The translations under genes and the position numbers were made by a program. The notes below the pieces were generated by a model, which saw only the letters and a list, made by a program, of their open reading frames with translations, was not told the origin of the DNA and ran no database searches. Below, piece by piece: positions 10,527-20,288 of a stretch of DNA of 64,000 bases. The stretch is from Pseudomonadota bacterium (GTDB lineage Bacteria; Bdellovibrionota; Bdellovibrionia; Bdellovibrionales; Bdellovibrionaceae): contig JBEGVH010000006.1 of the NCBI GenBank assembly GCA_041178425.1, positions 32,001 through 96,000 of the forward strand. The letters are read 5' to 3'. How positions within the stretch are numbered: the first letter of the stretch is position 1; the number at the start of each line of letters is the position of its first letter.

Positions 10527-12432
10527 GTCTATTGGGCAGTCACTGGTGAACTCAAAAATTGACGATCTCAAGGACCGTGTGAGGGATTTTCCGGATCAGT
10601 CGGGTGTCTATCTCATGAAAAATAGCACCGATAAAATCATCTACGTTGGTAAAGCGAAAAATCTCAAACAGCGGGTGCGAAGTTATTTGGGTGAAAGCAA
10701 AGACCTAACGCCGAAGACTCGACTTCTCGTCGCCAATATTCACGTGATCGATTATATTCTTACGAAAACCGAAGTAGAGGCGTTCCTTCTCGAAGCTTCG
10801 TTGATCAAAAAACACCGTCCAAAATTTAATATCCGTCTCAAAGATGATAAAAACTACCCTTATATTCGCGTTTCGATGAAAGACGAGTACCCACGCCTTT
10901 ATTTGAGCCGCACGGTCAAACCCGATGGGTCTCTGTATTTTGGCCCTTATACGAGGGGCGGTAGTGTTTTTGAGACCATGCGCTTTCTCAATCAATCCTT
11001 TCAATTGCGTGATTGCACCGACCACAATCTTAAAACGAGAGAACGCCCGTGTATTAACTTTCAACTGGCACGCTGTTCGGCCCCTTGTGTGAAATTGGTG
11101 AATACCACAAATTACGGTGAGGATATCGCGAAAGCTCTTCAGTTTTTGCGGGGTCAAAGTCAGGAATTGATCGACGAGCTCAAGCAAAGAATGTTGCATC
11201 TCTCGGATGAAGAAAAATACGAACAGGCCGCTCGCTGGCGCGATACCTTACGTTCATTAACAGCGATTCTTGAAAAACAATCGGTGGTTGATCCCAACGC
11301 AAAAAAAGATGTCGATATCGTTTGTTTTGTGGGAGATCAGCGTGGAACGATGATTCAGTTTTTGCACGTTCGTCAGGGGCGTGTGCTCGGTACTCGCTCG
11401 CAATTTTTATCGGGCCTTGATCCACAAGATCCCAATGAGGATCCGCGCGAGTGGTTTGTGTCGGTGATCAATCAATATTTTTGGGAGAACATTGTGCCTG
11501 AGGAGGTCGTTCTCTCCTTTGATATCGGCGTAGAGATGATGCGCCTCATGCAAAAAGTATTGACGGAACGGCGAGGGAGTGAGGTCTTAATTAAGATCGG
11601 AACCCACGATGAAAAAGAAAAAGAACTCTTAGAATTGACTCTGAACAATGCGCGGGTGGCGCTCGAGAAACAATCAGAAAAAGTGGAATCCAAAAAGAAG
11701 GGTCTCGAAGAGATTAAAGAGAAATTCAACCTTCCACAGATTCCTTTTCGAATTGAGTGCTATGATATTTCCAATTTTCAAGGGCGTGAGATCGTTGCGA
11801 GTCAGGTGGTTTTTGAAAAAGGGATTCCGGCCAAAGATCAGTATCGACTTTATAAGATCAAGTCTCTGAAAGACGCCAACGATTTTGCCTCCATGAAAGA
11901 AGTCCTCAGTCGGCGTTTTAAGCATCAGGAGTGGGAGGATCCTCAATTGGTGGTTGTTGATGGCGGTAAGGGCCAGTTGAATTTCGCTCTACAAGCTCTC
12001 AAAGAAGTGGGTAAGGACCACCTTCCTTTGGTATCACTCGCGAAAGCCAAAACTGAAAGTGATTTTGAAAAAACGGAAGTGCAAGGATCTGAGGAGCGAT
12101 TTTTTCTGCCGGGGCGACAGAATCCTGTGCTCTTTCGTAAAAATAGTGAAGGCTTAAGAATACTCACTCATCTTCGTGATGAGGCCCATCGTTTTGCGAT
12201 CACGTTTCACCGAAAGCTGCGTGATAAAAAGAGTCTGGGATCTATTCTCGATGAGATCGAAGGCGTGGGTGAGAAACGTAAGAAGCTTCTTTTGGAGCGC
12301 TTCAGCGGCCTTGAGGCCATAATGGCCGCCACGGCCGAAGAAATTGCAGCTCTTCCGAGTTTTAATTTAGATTTAGCCGAAGAGATTAAGGCGTTTCTCA
12401 TGAACGAACTGGGTGATGATTCCCAGCCCTAA
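10519..12432 (+). CDS. uvrC: Excinuclease ABC subunit C
   Basis: GVYLM...[14 protein letters not shown], Cys cluster, [20 protein letters not shown], HhH; ATG at 10519 overlaps the end of uvrB. Confidence 0.97.
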   Translation: MSRSIGQSLVNSKIDDLKDRVRDFPDQSGVYLMKNSTDKIIYVGKAKNLKQRVRSYLGESKDLTPKTRLLVANIHVIDYILTKTEVEAFLLEASLIKKHRPKFNIRLKDDKNYPYIRVSMKDEYPRLYLSRTVKPDGSLYFGPYTRGGSVFETMRFLNQSFQLRDCTDHNLKTRERPCINFQLARCSAPCVKLVNTTNYGEDIAKALQFLRGQSQELIDELKQRMLHLSDEEKYEQAARWRDTLRSLTAILEKQSVVDPNAKKDVDIVCFVGDQRGTMIQFLHVRQGRVLGTRSQFLSGLDPQDPNEDPREWFVSVINQYFWENIVPEEVVLSFDIGVEMMRLMQKVLTERRGSEVLIKIGTHDEKEKELLELTLNNARVALEKQSEKVESKKKGLEEIKEKFNLPQIPFRIECYDISNFQGREIVASQVVFEKGIPAKDQYRLYKIKSLKDANDFASMKEVLSRRFKHQEWEDPQLVVVDGGKGQLNFALQALKEVGKDHLPLVSLAKAKTESDFEKTEVQGSEERFFLPGRQNPVLFRKNSEGLRILTHLRDEAHRFAITFHRKLRDKKSLGSILDEIEGVGEKRKKLLLERFSGLEAIMAATAEEIAALPSFNLDLAEEIKAFLMNELGDDSQP

Positions 12433-12482
12433 AAAATAGAAAAGTCCGCTCAGCTATCTTCCTGATAACAAAAGCGGACTTT
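12433..12482 (-). terminator. Hairpin terminator closing the minus-strand riboswitch transcript (possibly bidirectional, also serving uvrC)
   Basis: Inverted repeat AAAGTCCGCT(12441-50)/AGCGGACTTT(12473-82); on the minus strand followed by TCTATTTTTT. Confidence 0.75.
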
Positions 12483-12504
12483 AAGGGGAATAAAACCGTT
12501 CCAT
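12481..12504 (-). CDS. Candidate micro-ORF MERFYSP downstream of the c-di-GMP riboswitch
   Basis: AAGGAAGGAG-atcccc-ATG GAA CGG TTT TAT TCC CCT TAA; the only ORF between aptamer and terminator. Confidence 0.45.
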   Translation of the reverse strand: MERFYSP

Positions 12505-12553
12505 GGGGATCTCCTTCCTTCTCTAAATAAACCTACCTTAGGCTTTTTATCGA

Positions 12554-12646
12554 CCTTTGGCACACTGGCTGGCATTTCTCATCCGGAGAATTAGCCCCTT
12601 TAGTTTTGCGTCCCATCGTTTCCAATGGTTTGCCCTGAGACAAAGG
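12554..12646 (-). ncRNA. c-di-GMP-I (GEMM) riboswitch aptamer
   Basis: Minus strand CCTTTGtctcaGGGCAAACCATTG-GAAA-CGATGGGACGCAAAACT...GGCTAA-TTCTC-cggat-GAGAA-ATGCCAGCCAGTgtgcCAAAGG: P1 CCTTTG/CAAAGG, P2 with GAAA tetraloop, GACGCAAA junction, tetraloop receptor in P3; G at the Vc2 G20-equivalent position. Confidence 0.9.
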
Positions 12647-12775
12647 AAGGATATGACATATATTTAATTTTTCTATATCATTCCTAGACTAGAAAAAAAC
12701 CTCGATAGAGCCTCCTTAATTATTTAGTTGAAAAAACGTACCGCAACCAAATTTTAAAAACCTAGTTGGGCTTCG

Positions 12776-12826
12776 CTACTTTGGTGCACGGGATTCGCAA
12801 GCTCTGTGCTTCCTGGCTTTGCTCAT
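12776..12826 (-). CDS. Candidate 16-aa basic micro-ORF MSKARKHRACESRAPK
   Basis: AAAAGGAGG-gtgggac-ATG...TAG; near-ideal SD and spacing, no other support. Confidence 0.3.
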   Translation of the reverse strand: MSKARKHRACESRAPK

Positions 12827-12941
12827 GTCCCACCCTCCTTTTGAGCGTCGTTTGGAACCAACGCGCTAACAAAATCAGGTTACTAAACAATGTTAGTTTT
12901 TACAAATTTTTGAGGGGACTGCGTATCAGGTTGACGACTGT

Positions 12942-13088
12942 TAAGAATATCAACGGCTTAACCGATGAAAATCGTTTTATTAGGAGACAAATCTCAAAAG
13001 TGTTCAAAATAAAAATCAAAAAAAAGTGGATCGAAAAAACTAGAGAATAACTTTGAGCGCTCTAGAATCCCTCTCTGGAGCGTTTTCT
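12942..13088 (+). ncRNA. Candidate sigma28-driven short RNA (promoter 12942-12968, terminator 13057-13088)
   Basis: TAAG-N15-ACCGATGA; downstream hairpin GCGCTCTAGA/TCTGGAGCGT pairs fully only on the + strand (G-U pairs), followed by TTTCT. Confidence 0.3.
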
Positions 13089-13104
13089 AAGTCGATAGTA
13101 AAAA

Positions 13105-14160
13105 TTATTTGGCGTCGAGGTTTGATTTTATAGAGGCTTTATTGGCGAAAGACGCAACCGCATCAGAGCCATAAAAAAGAAGTTCTAAGTCCTCCCACTC
13201 AACACCAATATAAACCTGTTGCTCTTCAATTAATCGCTTCAGCTCATTCATCTTAATGCTGGCTTCCATCACATAAGGATCGGCATAGGCTGTTGCTTTT
13301 GCGAGGGAGGGAGTAGTGAAGAGGCTTTCTTGCCAATTGGGGCTCGACAGAAAAAAAGTGAGATAGTTTTTGTGAAGGTTGAGTCGTTCATGAGGAGTTT
13401 TGGTGGAAGTGTTTAATTCTATCTTGGAGAGGCTTTGATTCCAATCTTTATACTTCGAATTGGAATTCAATTCGACAGTTAGTTGCGCACGGAGAGAATC
13501 AAATTCTGTTTGTGCAAAATGAGGATCGTTCAACTTTTGGATGAGGAGAAGGAATAGAGCTTGAGCTTTGCCGAGTCCTCGATAAAGGGTGACTTTATCG
13601 TCCTTAGAAAATTGGTTCTTTAAAAACAAGAATAGCTCCCTATGAGCGTTTTTGCGTGAGTAATTGTATGATTGAGTTTCGCTATCAAAAGCGAAATAGG
13701 GTTGTGCAGGTAAAACCGACTGAATCGGATCTAATTCTTTGTGTCCGAATTCAAAAAATCGCTGATTGCGATAGTAGCCCTCTAAAAAAAGGGATCCATT
13801 GATGAGGACCCAACGATTGTCGAAGCGACGGCCGGTTTCGAACGCCGTTACAATCTCCTTGTTAGAACGCTCAAACATTCTTCTGCCCATCGTTGGATGC
13901 GTAGTAATGAAGGGTGTTCGTTTGAGGAAGTTCTCGTCAAACCAATCAAGTTCGCTGTTAATCCATAGGTTCCGCTCTGAAGGGGGTAGGTTAAGAACGA
14001 CGTCGTTGAGATTATTGAGACGAACTTGAAACGCTTTTTGGTTGAGTGTTGTTGCGCATTTGTGGATGCTACCCAATGATTTGGCTGTAGCCGCCGCTAG
14101 TGAAGGGCCCATGTTTCCAACTAAAAAAGAAAAAGCCAAAAAAAGTTTTAGAATTGTCAC
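13105..14160 (-). CDS. Secreted hypothetical protein, possible ADP-ribosyltransferase-like fold
   Basis: Signal peptide; VTLYRGL ... LFTTPSLAKATAYA ... EWEDLELLF pattern; GGGGAG SD before GTG. Confidence 0.6.
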   Translation of the reverse strand: MTILKLFLAFSFLVGNMGPSLAAATAKSLGSIHKCATTLNQKAFQVRLNNLNDVVLNLPPSERNLWINSELDWFDENFLKRTPFITTHPTMGRRMFERSNKEIVTAFETGRRFDNRWVLINGSLFLEGYYRNQRFFEFGHKELDPIQSVLPAQPYFAFDSETQSYNYSRKNAHRELFLFLKNQFSKDDKVTLYRGLGKAQALFLLLIQKLNDPHFAQTEFDSLRAQLTVELNSNSKYKDWNQSLSKIELNTSTKTPHERLNLHKNYLTFFLSSPNWQESLFTTPSLAKATAYADPYVMEASIKMNELKRLIEEQQVYIGVEWEDLELLFYGSDAVASFANKASIKSNLDAK

Positions 14161-14258
14161 AAAGAACTCCCCAAATTGTCACTCTTGTGTGTTCAATTCG
14201 TAATATGAACGATCTGTTTCGGTTTAATAGCCTTTGAACCTTTTTAGGGAAGGGTGAA

Positions 14259-14274
14259 AGCAATATAAAAGCCA
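14259..14274 (-). promoter_or_regulatory. Sigma54 (-24/-12) promoter for the 13105-14160 gene
   Basis: TGGCTTTTATATTGCT = TGGC-N7-TTGCT. Confidence 0.55.
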
Positions 14275-14356
14275 TTTTTAAATATTACTTTGCAGCCTTA
14301 GTTGCGCTTGGTAGTAAGGGGTTATCGAACATTGGAATTGACGATAGAGATCGGGG

Positions 14357-15658
14357 ATGGTGGCTATGGTGTTTGTTGGCTTACACAGTTTTAAACAAGG
14401 CTTCGCCATGGCCGTCTTGAGTCTTTTTGTTTTATCTTGGTCTCTAGATGGGTTGGCAACAGGGGCCCTCTCCTCTCAGCGTTTGCCCATTCTTCAGGGG
14501 GCCACCAGCTCTACGACGGTTCAATTGGCGGTTTTACGTTCCAGCGATCGGAACCTCCGCTATCAGCTGGCCGACTCACTGGGGGCTCTCTTTGAGCCGA
14601 TCTCCATAAAGGTAAAAACGCGAGTAACGTCGGCATGGGTGGTAGATCAACTGGCTTATCAAGGTCTTCCCGAGGGGCGGGAGTTGGTTTTTAGAGTTCT
14701 CAGTGCAGAGGGAAAGCCTTTGGATGCCCGCTTGTTACGAACGTTAAACCCTCGCGCGCCTCACCTTAAAATAGCTCTAGCGTCTTGTATGGCCGACGAT
14801 CCACAGTTTTATTCGGCTCCCATTTGGCGGTCCTTAGAGGGTCAAAAACCAGATCTGATATTTTTCTTAGGTGACAATGTGTACGCCTCTATCAAAACAC
14901 CGGTCAATCCTGCCGAGTTGTGGGAGCGCTACCGCCAGACACGAATGGCCCTTGATTTTTTTTACTTCGAGAGATTGATTCCTGTTTTTGCCACTTGGGA
15001 TGATCATGACTTTGGGCTCAATAATGGTGATCGACGTTACCCCTTTGTGCGAGAGGCACAAGACGTCTTTAGGGATTTTTTTCCACAAGAAGAAATCTTC
15101 GGAATTCTCCAAAAAGGGCCCGGCATCAGTCAGTCCCTCCTTCTCTATGGAAAACAATTTGTATTTATGGACGACCGTAGTTTTCGAGATGCCCCGATGG
15201 GGGAGTCCATGTGGGGAAGTGAGCAAGAAGCGTGGCTCTCGACGATTCTCAAAACTGCGAAGCAGCCGGTGTGGGTGATTAATGGTTCGCAAATGTTCGG
15301 ACAGTATGGTCCGAGTGAGTCGTTAGAGCGAGATTTTCCCTCTCATTTTTCTCGTTTTGTAGGCGATTTGAGTCGTTCTAGCCAATCCTTCACATTGGTG
15401 TCTGGTGACATTCATTCCTCTGAAGTTTTGCAGTTGCCGGTGAAGTTAGTAGGGCGACGAGCCCTCGAGATCACCTCTAGTTCCATGCATGCTAAACATT
15501 CTAGTCTTAGAGAACTTCCGCCGAGTCCGCGACGGTTGGCGGGGTATCATGGTGATAACTTTGTGATCGTGCATTTTGAACCAGATCCCACCCAAAATAG
15601 CTTTTATTTAGAAGCCTTTGGTCGCCGGAACCAAAAAGTCTTTGAGTATTTGTATTGA
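14357..15658 (+). CDS. PhoD-like alkaline phosphatase family metallophosphoesterase
   Basis: ALASC, FLGDNVY, WDDHDFG, MDDRSFR, SGDIH motifs; N-terminal hydrophobic leader. Confidence 0.85.
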   Translation: MVAMVFVGLHSFKQGFAMAVLSLFVLSWSLDGLATGALSSQRLPILQGATSSTTVQLAVLRSSDRNLRYQLADSLGALFEPISIKVKTRVTSAWVVDQLAYQGLPEGRELVFRVLSAEGKPLDARLLRTLNPRAPHLKIALASCMADDPQFYSAPIWRSLEGQKPDLIFFLGDNVYASIKTPVNPAELWERYRQTRMALDFFYFERLIPVFATWDDHDFGLNNGDRRYPFVREAQDVFRDFFPQEEIFGILQKGPGISQSLLLYGKQFVFMDDRSFRDAPMGESMWGSEQEAWLSTILKTAKQPVWVINGSQMFGQYGPSESLERDFPSHFSRFVGDLSRSSQSFTLVSGDIHSSEVLQLPVKLVGRRALEITSSSMHAKHSSLRELPPSPRRLAGYHGDNFVIVHFEPDPTQNSFYLEAFGRRNQKVFEYLY

Positions 15659-15738
15659 TGTTTGCAGGGGCGAACTCTCAAAATCAATCCTGAATGCCCG
15701 TTTTTATGTCGATGGTGGTAACAAGATTCTCTTCAAAT

Positions 15739-15769
15739 AAAAAAAAGAGCCAAGGGTCCTTGGCTCTTT
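15739..15769 (-). terminator. Intrinsic terminator of the collagen-like protein gene
   Basis: AAAGAGCCAAG-GGTC-CTTGGCTCTTT with an A run on the left (U tail on the minus strand). Confidence 0.85.
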
Positions 15770-15778
15770 GGGTGTCAT

Positions 15779-17383
15779 TTAAAGTGCTCCGCCACCGGGG
15801 GGTCGAGGAGTTGTTGTCTCCTCAGGGGTTGTGGTTTCACCGCCTGGACCCGTGGGTCCAGTAGGACCAGTTGGTCCGGTTGGGCCTGTCGGACCGGTGG
15901 GTCCAGTAGGACCCGTAGGACCAGTAGTGCCAGGGGTTCCGCCTGGACCTGTTGGGCCCGTTGGGCCAGCAGGACCTGTGGCTCCTGTGTCACCTTTCGC
16001 GCCCTTGGCACCTGTTTTTCCTTGTTTTCCACTGTTGAGGAGTGCTGCGATCGCTAAACCAAGAGCGGCAAGAACGCCACCGCAAACGAGCCCTTCGGTG
16101 ATCCCTTTGGTACAAAACCAGCCACTTTCTTCTTTTTTCTCTGTGGCAGCCGCGGCTGCCACAGGAGCTATTTTATCGCTAGACTTTGTCGCTGCGGCGG
16201 GTGCCTTTGCGGCTTCAGTTAAGTTGCCCATAGGTTTCAACACTTCCACGCACGCGGAAATGTTGTGGTGGTTATCCTCAGAAGCCGTAAATCCAGTGAT
16301 GTCTTTCGCGGAAATTCCTTTGAGTTTAGTGCGATCGTCTTTATATTGTTTGCGATCTTTATCAGCCATACAAGTGTCGATGAGCCAATCCATCTTTCCG
16401 ATGAGGTGATCGCGCACTGATTTATTGATTGTCACTTTGTCTTTGTAGCGTGGATCACTTTCTAGTTTTTTAATATGCTCATTCATTTTCTCTGGGCTAT
16501 TGATAGAGCTGTAGCCAGAGGCGTCGGCACACTGCTTTGAAACGTCTTCCTTTGGATTTTTTGTTACGCAGTATTCCTTTGAACCGTTGTAGCCAAATAA
16601 AAGGGGATTACAAACAAGCTTGCTTCCGCCACAACTATAAATGGCTGTGGGTTGTGTGCAGCCTCTCTCGTAGCCGCAACAGCCTGTTTCTTCATCGTAC
16701 ATTGCAGTCACCCAGCCTGCGATGACGCAGCTTCGGTCTTTCTCGCCAGCGGTTGCACTGGGAAGGAGAAGGTCGAAGAGGCTCGATGTTTTTCGAGCCT
16801 TAGGGAGAAAGTTAGACTGGTTTTTTTCAACCGCCATAATGAATTCGCGGAGGGCCTTAAAGTAAGCCATACCCCACTTCGGATCGGCTTTAGAATAGGC
16901 CTTGATTTGCTCCCATGTTGGCAGGGGATTAGTATCGAGTTCTGATTCGATCACGCCATTTTCGAGAGCTTTTTTGAGTGGAAGATTTGTTTTATTAACA
17001 ACTAAAGTTTCACCGTCAGCTGTTTGTTTTAATAGCCACTCCTGCTTTCCGGCGTCTTTCGTTTGAAATCGAAGTTTCAAAAAAGCACCATCAGCCTTGT
17101 TTTTTTGAACCGTGGCTGAAATAGCAGGAAACATTTCGTTTTTGTGCTGAGCCACCCATGGAGCAAAGCGAGCTGCTGTGTCTGCATCCATTTGGCCTTT
17201 TGCTTTTTCAAACCAGGCTCCGACCGTTTGGGCTTTGCCCATGCCGGCTGCATTCAATCTTTCTTTTGAGTGTTTGATAAAATTCTGGTTATTGGGAGCT
17301 GCCCAAACAGCCGCTTCAACAAACAGACTCGAACTGAGAAAGAGGCAGAGGCCTCGGTGAATGACCTGCATTCTTTTCTTCAT
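15779..17383 (-). CDS. Exported Cys-rich protein with a hydrophobic helix and C-terminal collagen-like tail
   Basis: Signal peptide; CVIAGW and CNPLLFG Cys-rich block; hydrophobic [19 protein letters not shown]; (GXY)22; AAGGAG SD. Confidence 0.8.
   Translation of the reverse strand: MKKRMQVIHRGLCLFLSSSLFVEAAVWAAPNNQNFIKHSKERLNAAGMGKAQTVGAWFEKAKGQMDADTAARFAPWVAQHKNEMFPAISATVQKNKADGAFLKLRFQTKDAGKQEWLLKQTADGETLVVNKTNLPLKKALENGVIESELDTNPLPTWEQIKAYSKADPKWGMAYFKALREFIMAVEKNQSNFLPKARKTSSLFDLLLPSATAGEKDRSCVIAGWVTAMYDEETGCCGYERGCTQPTAIYSCGGSKLVCNPLLFGYNGSKEYCVTKNPKEDVSKQCADASGYSSINSPEKMNEHIKKLESDPRYKDKVTINKSVRDHLIGKMDWLIDTCMADKDRKQYKDDRTKLKGISAKDITGFTASEDNHHNISACVEVLKPMGNLTEAAKAPAAATKSSDKIAPVAAAAATEKKEESGWFCTKGITEGLVCGGVLAALGLAIAALLNSGKQGKTGAKGAKGDTGATGPAGPTGPTGPGGTPGTTGPTGPTGPTGPTGPTGPTGPTGPTGPGGETTTPEETTTPRPPGGGAL
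15833..16030 (-). repeat. Collagen-like Gly-X-Y coding repeat (22 triplets, mostly GPT)
   Basis: Degenerate 9-nt repeats encoding an uninterrupted GKQ...GET run. Confidence 0.92.
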
Positions 17384-17549
17384 CCCAAACTCCTTTTAGG
17401 GAAAGCGTGGAGAACGCCATTCAATAGAATGCGGATCCCCATCAATGCCTTTAGTTTATGGGATAAATTCCCCTGATTGCTAGCTTTTTATTAAAAACTA
17501 GTCGCTCAGTGCGAGCTCAGGGGCTTAGGCTTAAGCAAACTGTTTTTCT

Positions 17550-19397
17550 TTAAAGGGTGGCTTCGGGTGGGTGAGTCGTTGTCACTGGAGTGAAGCTCAT
17601 TTTCAGATGAGCGCGAATCTCTCTGAAAACACCTGGACTTTTGTGAGAAAGAGACTCGAAGAATTCCTCTTGTAACACAAGCTCTTCCATCCAATGGTTG
17701 GCGTTCAGGTGTGTGACGCTTTGGTAAGCGGTTGGAGAAAAGTCGAGCCCGTCCCAGTGAAGATCGTGGTAACGAGGAATCAATCCGATGGGGGTTTGCA
17801 TTCCAGTTCCTTTGCCCTCTACTCGTTGGAACATCCAGTGAAGAACACGCATGTTTTCGCCGAAGCCAGGCCAGATAAAACGATCGTTTTCCTTACGGAA
17901 CCAGTTCACTCCGAACACCTTAGGAGCCTTTTCAAGCTGCGATCCAAATTTCAGCCAATGAGTAAAGTAGTCACCCATATGATAGCCACAGAAAGGAAGC
18001 ATCGCCATTGGATCGCGACGAACAACCCCCACAGCCCCTGTCGCAGCCGCCGTGGTTTCAGAAGCTGTGCTCGCTCCGATATAAACGCCTCGCTCCCATG
18101 AAGGGGCTTCGTAAACGAGAGGTATCGTGTTGGCTCGACGTCCACCGAAAATAAAGGCCGAAATCGGAACACCGGCCGGGTTGTTCCAGTTGGCATCAAG
18201 GGAAGGGCACTGATTAGTAGAAACCGTAAAACGGGCATTCGGGTGGGCTGCCTTGCGACCACAGTCAGGTGTCCAGTCCTTGCCTTGCCAATCGATCAAA
18301 TGAGTAGGAGGCGTGTCGGTCATCCCTTCCCACCAAACATCCCCGTCATCGGTCAATGCACAGTTGGTAAAAATAGTATTAGAGGCAATGGTTTTCATTG
18401 CATTGGGGTTGGTTTTCATGGAGGTGCCTGGAGCTACGCCAAAATAACCAGCTTCAGGATTGACGGCACGAATACTGCCATCTTCCTTTGGGTGAATCCA
18501 AGCGATATCGTCCCCAAGAGTGGTGACTTTCCAACCATCGAAGGTTTTTGGTGGAATTAACATCGAAAAATTGGTCTTTCCGCAGGCACTCGGAAAGGCA
18601 GCGGCGAAGTAATGCTTTTGCCCTTCTGGATTCTCAACACCCATAATGAGCATATGCTCTGCCAGCCAATTCTGCTGACGCCCCATGTGAGAGGCGATTC
18701 TCAGTGAAAAACATTTTTTACCAAGAAGCGCATTGCCACCGTAGCCAGAGCCAAACGACCAAATCGTTTGTTCTTCCGGAAAATGCACGATGTATTTTTG
18801 ATCTTTGTTGCAAGGCCAGCTCACATCGGTTTGATTTGGCATCAAGGGAGCGCCGACAGAGTGCAAGCATTTGACGTAGGAGCTGCCTTCCATTTTATGG
18901 AGGGCCGGTAAACCCATACGGGTCATTGTTTTCATGCTCACAACAACATAAGGAGAATCAGTGATTTCAATTCCGTATTGCGAAAGTGGCGAACCGAGCG
19001 GACCCATGCAAAATGGGATCACGTACATCGTGCGACCTCGCATTGATCCACGATAAAGATCGATCATGATTTTTTTCATGTCGGATGGTTCCATCCAGTT
19101 ATTCGTAGGACCAGCGTCAGATTTATCGGTACTGCAGATATAAGTGCGGTCTTCAACGCGCGCAACATCCGAAGGGTCGGAGAGAGCGAGAAAGCTATTG
19201 GGACGTTTTTCTGGATTGAGCTTCTTAAAGGTTCCTGTCTGAACTAAAAGTTCGCAGAAGTTTTCATATTCTTCTTCTGAACCGTCACACCAATAAATAT
19301 TTTGCGGCTCACAGAGTGAAGCGATATCCTTGATCCAAGCGTTAATGGTGGAGTCATTAGACCCATTATAAGGGGTTTTTAAGGTGATTGTAGCCAT
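17550..19397 (-). CDS. pckG: Phosphoenolpyruvate carboxykinase (GTP)
   Basis: [57 protein letters not shown] before ATG at 19397. Confidence 0.96.
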   Translation of the reverse strand: MATITLKTPYNGSNDSTINAWIKDIASLCEPQNIYWCDGSEEEYENFCELLVQTGTFKKLNPEKRPNSFLALSDPSDVARVEDRTYICSTDKSDAGPTNNWMEPSDMKKIMIDLYRGSMRGRTMYVIPFCMGPLGSPLSQYGIEITDSPYVVVSMKTMTRMGLPALHKMEGSSYVKCLHSVGAPLMPNQTDVSWPCNKDQKYIVHFPEEQTIWSFGSGYGGNALLGKKCFSLRIASHMGRQQNWLAEHMLIMGVENPEGQKHYFAAAFPSACGKTNFSMLIPPKTFDGWKVTTLGDDIAWIHPKEDGSIRAVNPEAGYFGVAPGTSMKTNPNAMKTIASNTIFTNCALTDDGDVWWEGMTDTPPTHLIDWQGKDWTPDCGRKAAHPNARFTVSTNQCPSLDANWNNPAGVPISAFIFGGRRANTIPLVYEAPSWERGVYIGASTASETTAAATGAVGVVRRDPMAMLPFCGYHMGDYFTHWLKFGSQLEKAPKVFGVNWFRKENDRFIWPGFGENMRVLHWMFQRVEGKGTGMQTPIGLIPRYHDLHWDGLDFSPTAYQSVTHLNANHWMEELVLQEEFFESLSHKSPGVFREIRAHLKMSFTPVTTTHPPEATL

Positions 19398-19667
19398 AAC
19401 TTTGCCCTCCCAATTGAACTCAAAGTTTAGAATCATAAATCATCGAAGAGTTAATTATTGGAACGAAACTATAGGTTAGATACTTTGGCTAGTGAAATCA
19501 GCGCACGATGGCGCCCAAAGTCAATTAGTGTTCAACTCACTAGTTTTACATTGGTTTTATGAAGAAAGCTTCAACTCGTAAAGGCATCAAAGGGGGCCGT
19601 TTTGGTGCCTGCGAAACGCAAAAGAATGTTACATAATTTTTGGATTAAAATTGCTCGTTGAGAGCAA

Positions 19668-20288
19668 TTAATCGAACCACTCATAGTTAAAACTGACGCT
19701 GATTCGGTCTTTTTTTGATGGGTTGGGTGGCACTTCGTGGCTCATCCAGCTTTCGAACAAAACAATGTCACCTTCGTTCGGTTTTACGGCGACGAAGTTC
19801 TCAAATTCCAGGGGAAGTTTTGTTTTTTTTGGCAAGCAAGACATCATCAAATTCATTCGGGGGTCTTGAAACTTAATGCCAACGCTATCTTTAGGAAGTT
19901 GTACATAATAGGTTCCGCTCACTACTGAGCGCGGATGAATGTGCCAGGAATGGGTGGTTTGATGGCCCATAATGTTGACCCAGAAGGTCGACATACAAAT
20001 GGATTTTTCTTTGGTGTCATAGCCTTGGTGCTCCAGAAATTTATAAACGTGGGGAGTAATTTTTTTTTCGAGAAGAGCAAAGGTCGACGACCAAGTATGC
20101 ATATTGGAGTAGGAGCTGTAGGACGTATACCCACCGAGGTAGTTTTTTTGAGACCAAGCATTTCCTTTATCGTCAATTCTTCGGAGATTATAACACTCCT
20201 CCGCAAGCTCCGTGTTGAAGCGCCCTTTGTTGGGGACACTCAAGGCTTTTCGGTAAATGGAGCTAGAAAAAAGTTTTACGAGAGACAT
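19668..20288 (-). CDS. TIGR02466-like putative Fe(II)/2-oxoglutarate oxygenase
   Basis: GYTSY, WVNI, HIHP..VVSGTYYV, FESWMSHEV, RISVSFN. Confidence 0.85.
   Translation of the reverse strand: MSLVKLFSSSIYRKALSVPNKGRFNTELAEECYNLRRIDDKGNAWSQKNYLGGYTSYSSYSNMHTWSSTFALLEKKITPHVYKFLEHQGYDTKEKSICMSTFWVNIMGHQTTHSWHIHPRSVVSGTYYVQLPKDSVGIKFQDPRMNLMMSCLPKKTKLPLEFENFVAVKPNEGDIVLFESWMSHEVPPNPSKKDRISVSFNYEWFD

Noticed and set aside
12554..12646. Possible 3',3'-cGAMP-sensing (GEMM-Ib) variant
   Set aside because: The discriminating position equivalent to Vc2 G20 is G (caGGGCAAA), which fits c-di-GMP rather than the A typical of cGAMP variants.
12766..13050. 94-aa + strand ORF in the intergenic region
   Set aside because: TTG start without SD, low-complexity K/I-rich translation of AT-rich DNA, and it overlaps promoter-like signals.
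15833..16030. Short tandem repeats as a possible CRISPR array or VNTR
   Set aside because: 9-nt period with synonymous third-position variation and no spacers; this is a protein-coding repeat.
15831..16409. + strand ORF with (GPV)n repeats
   Set aside because: Antisense shadow of the GPT collagen repeat; the minus-strand gene has the SD, signal peptide and terminator.
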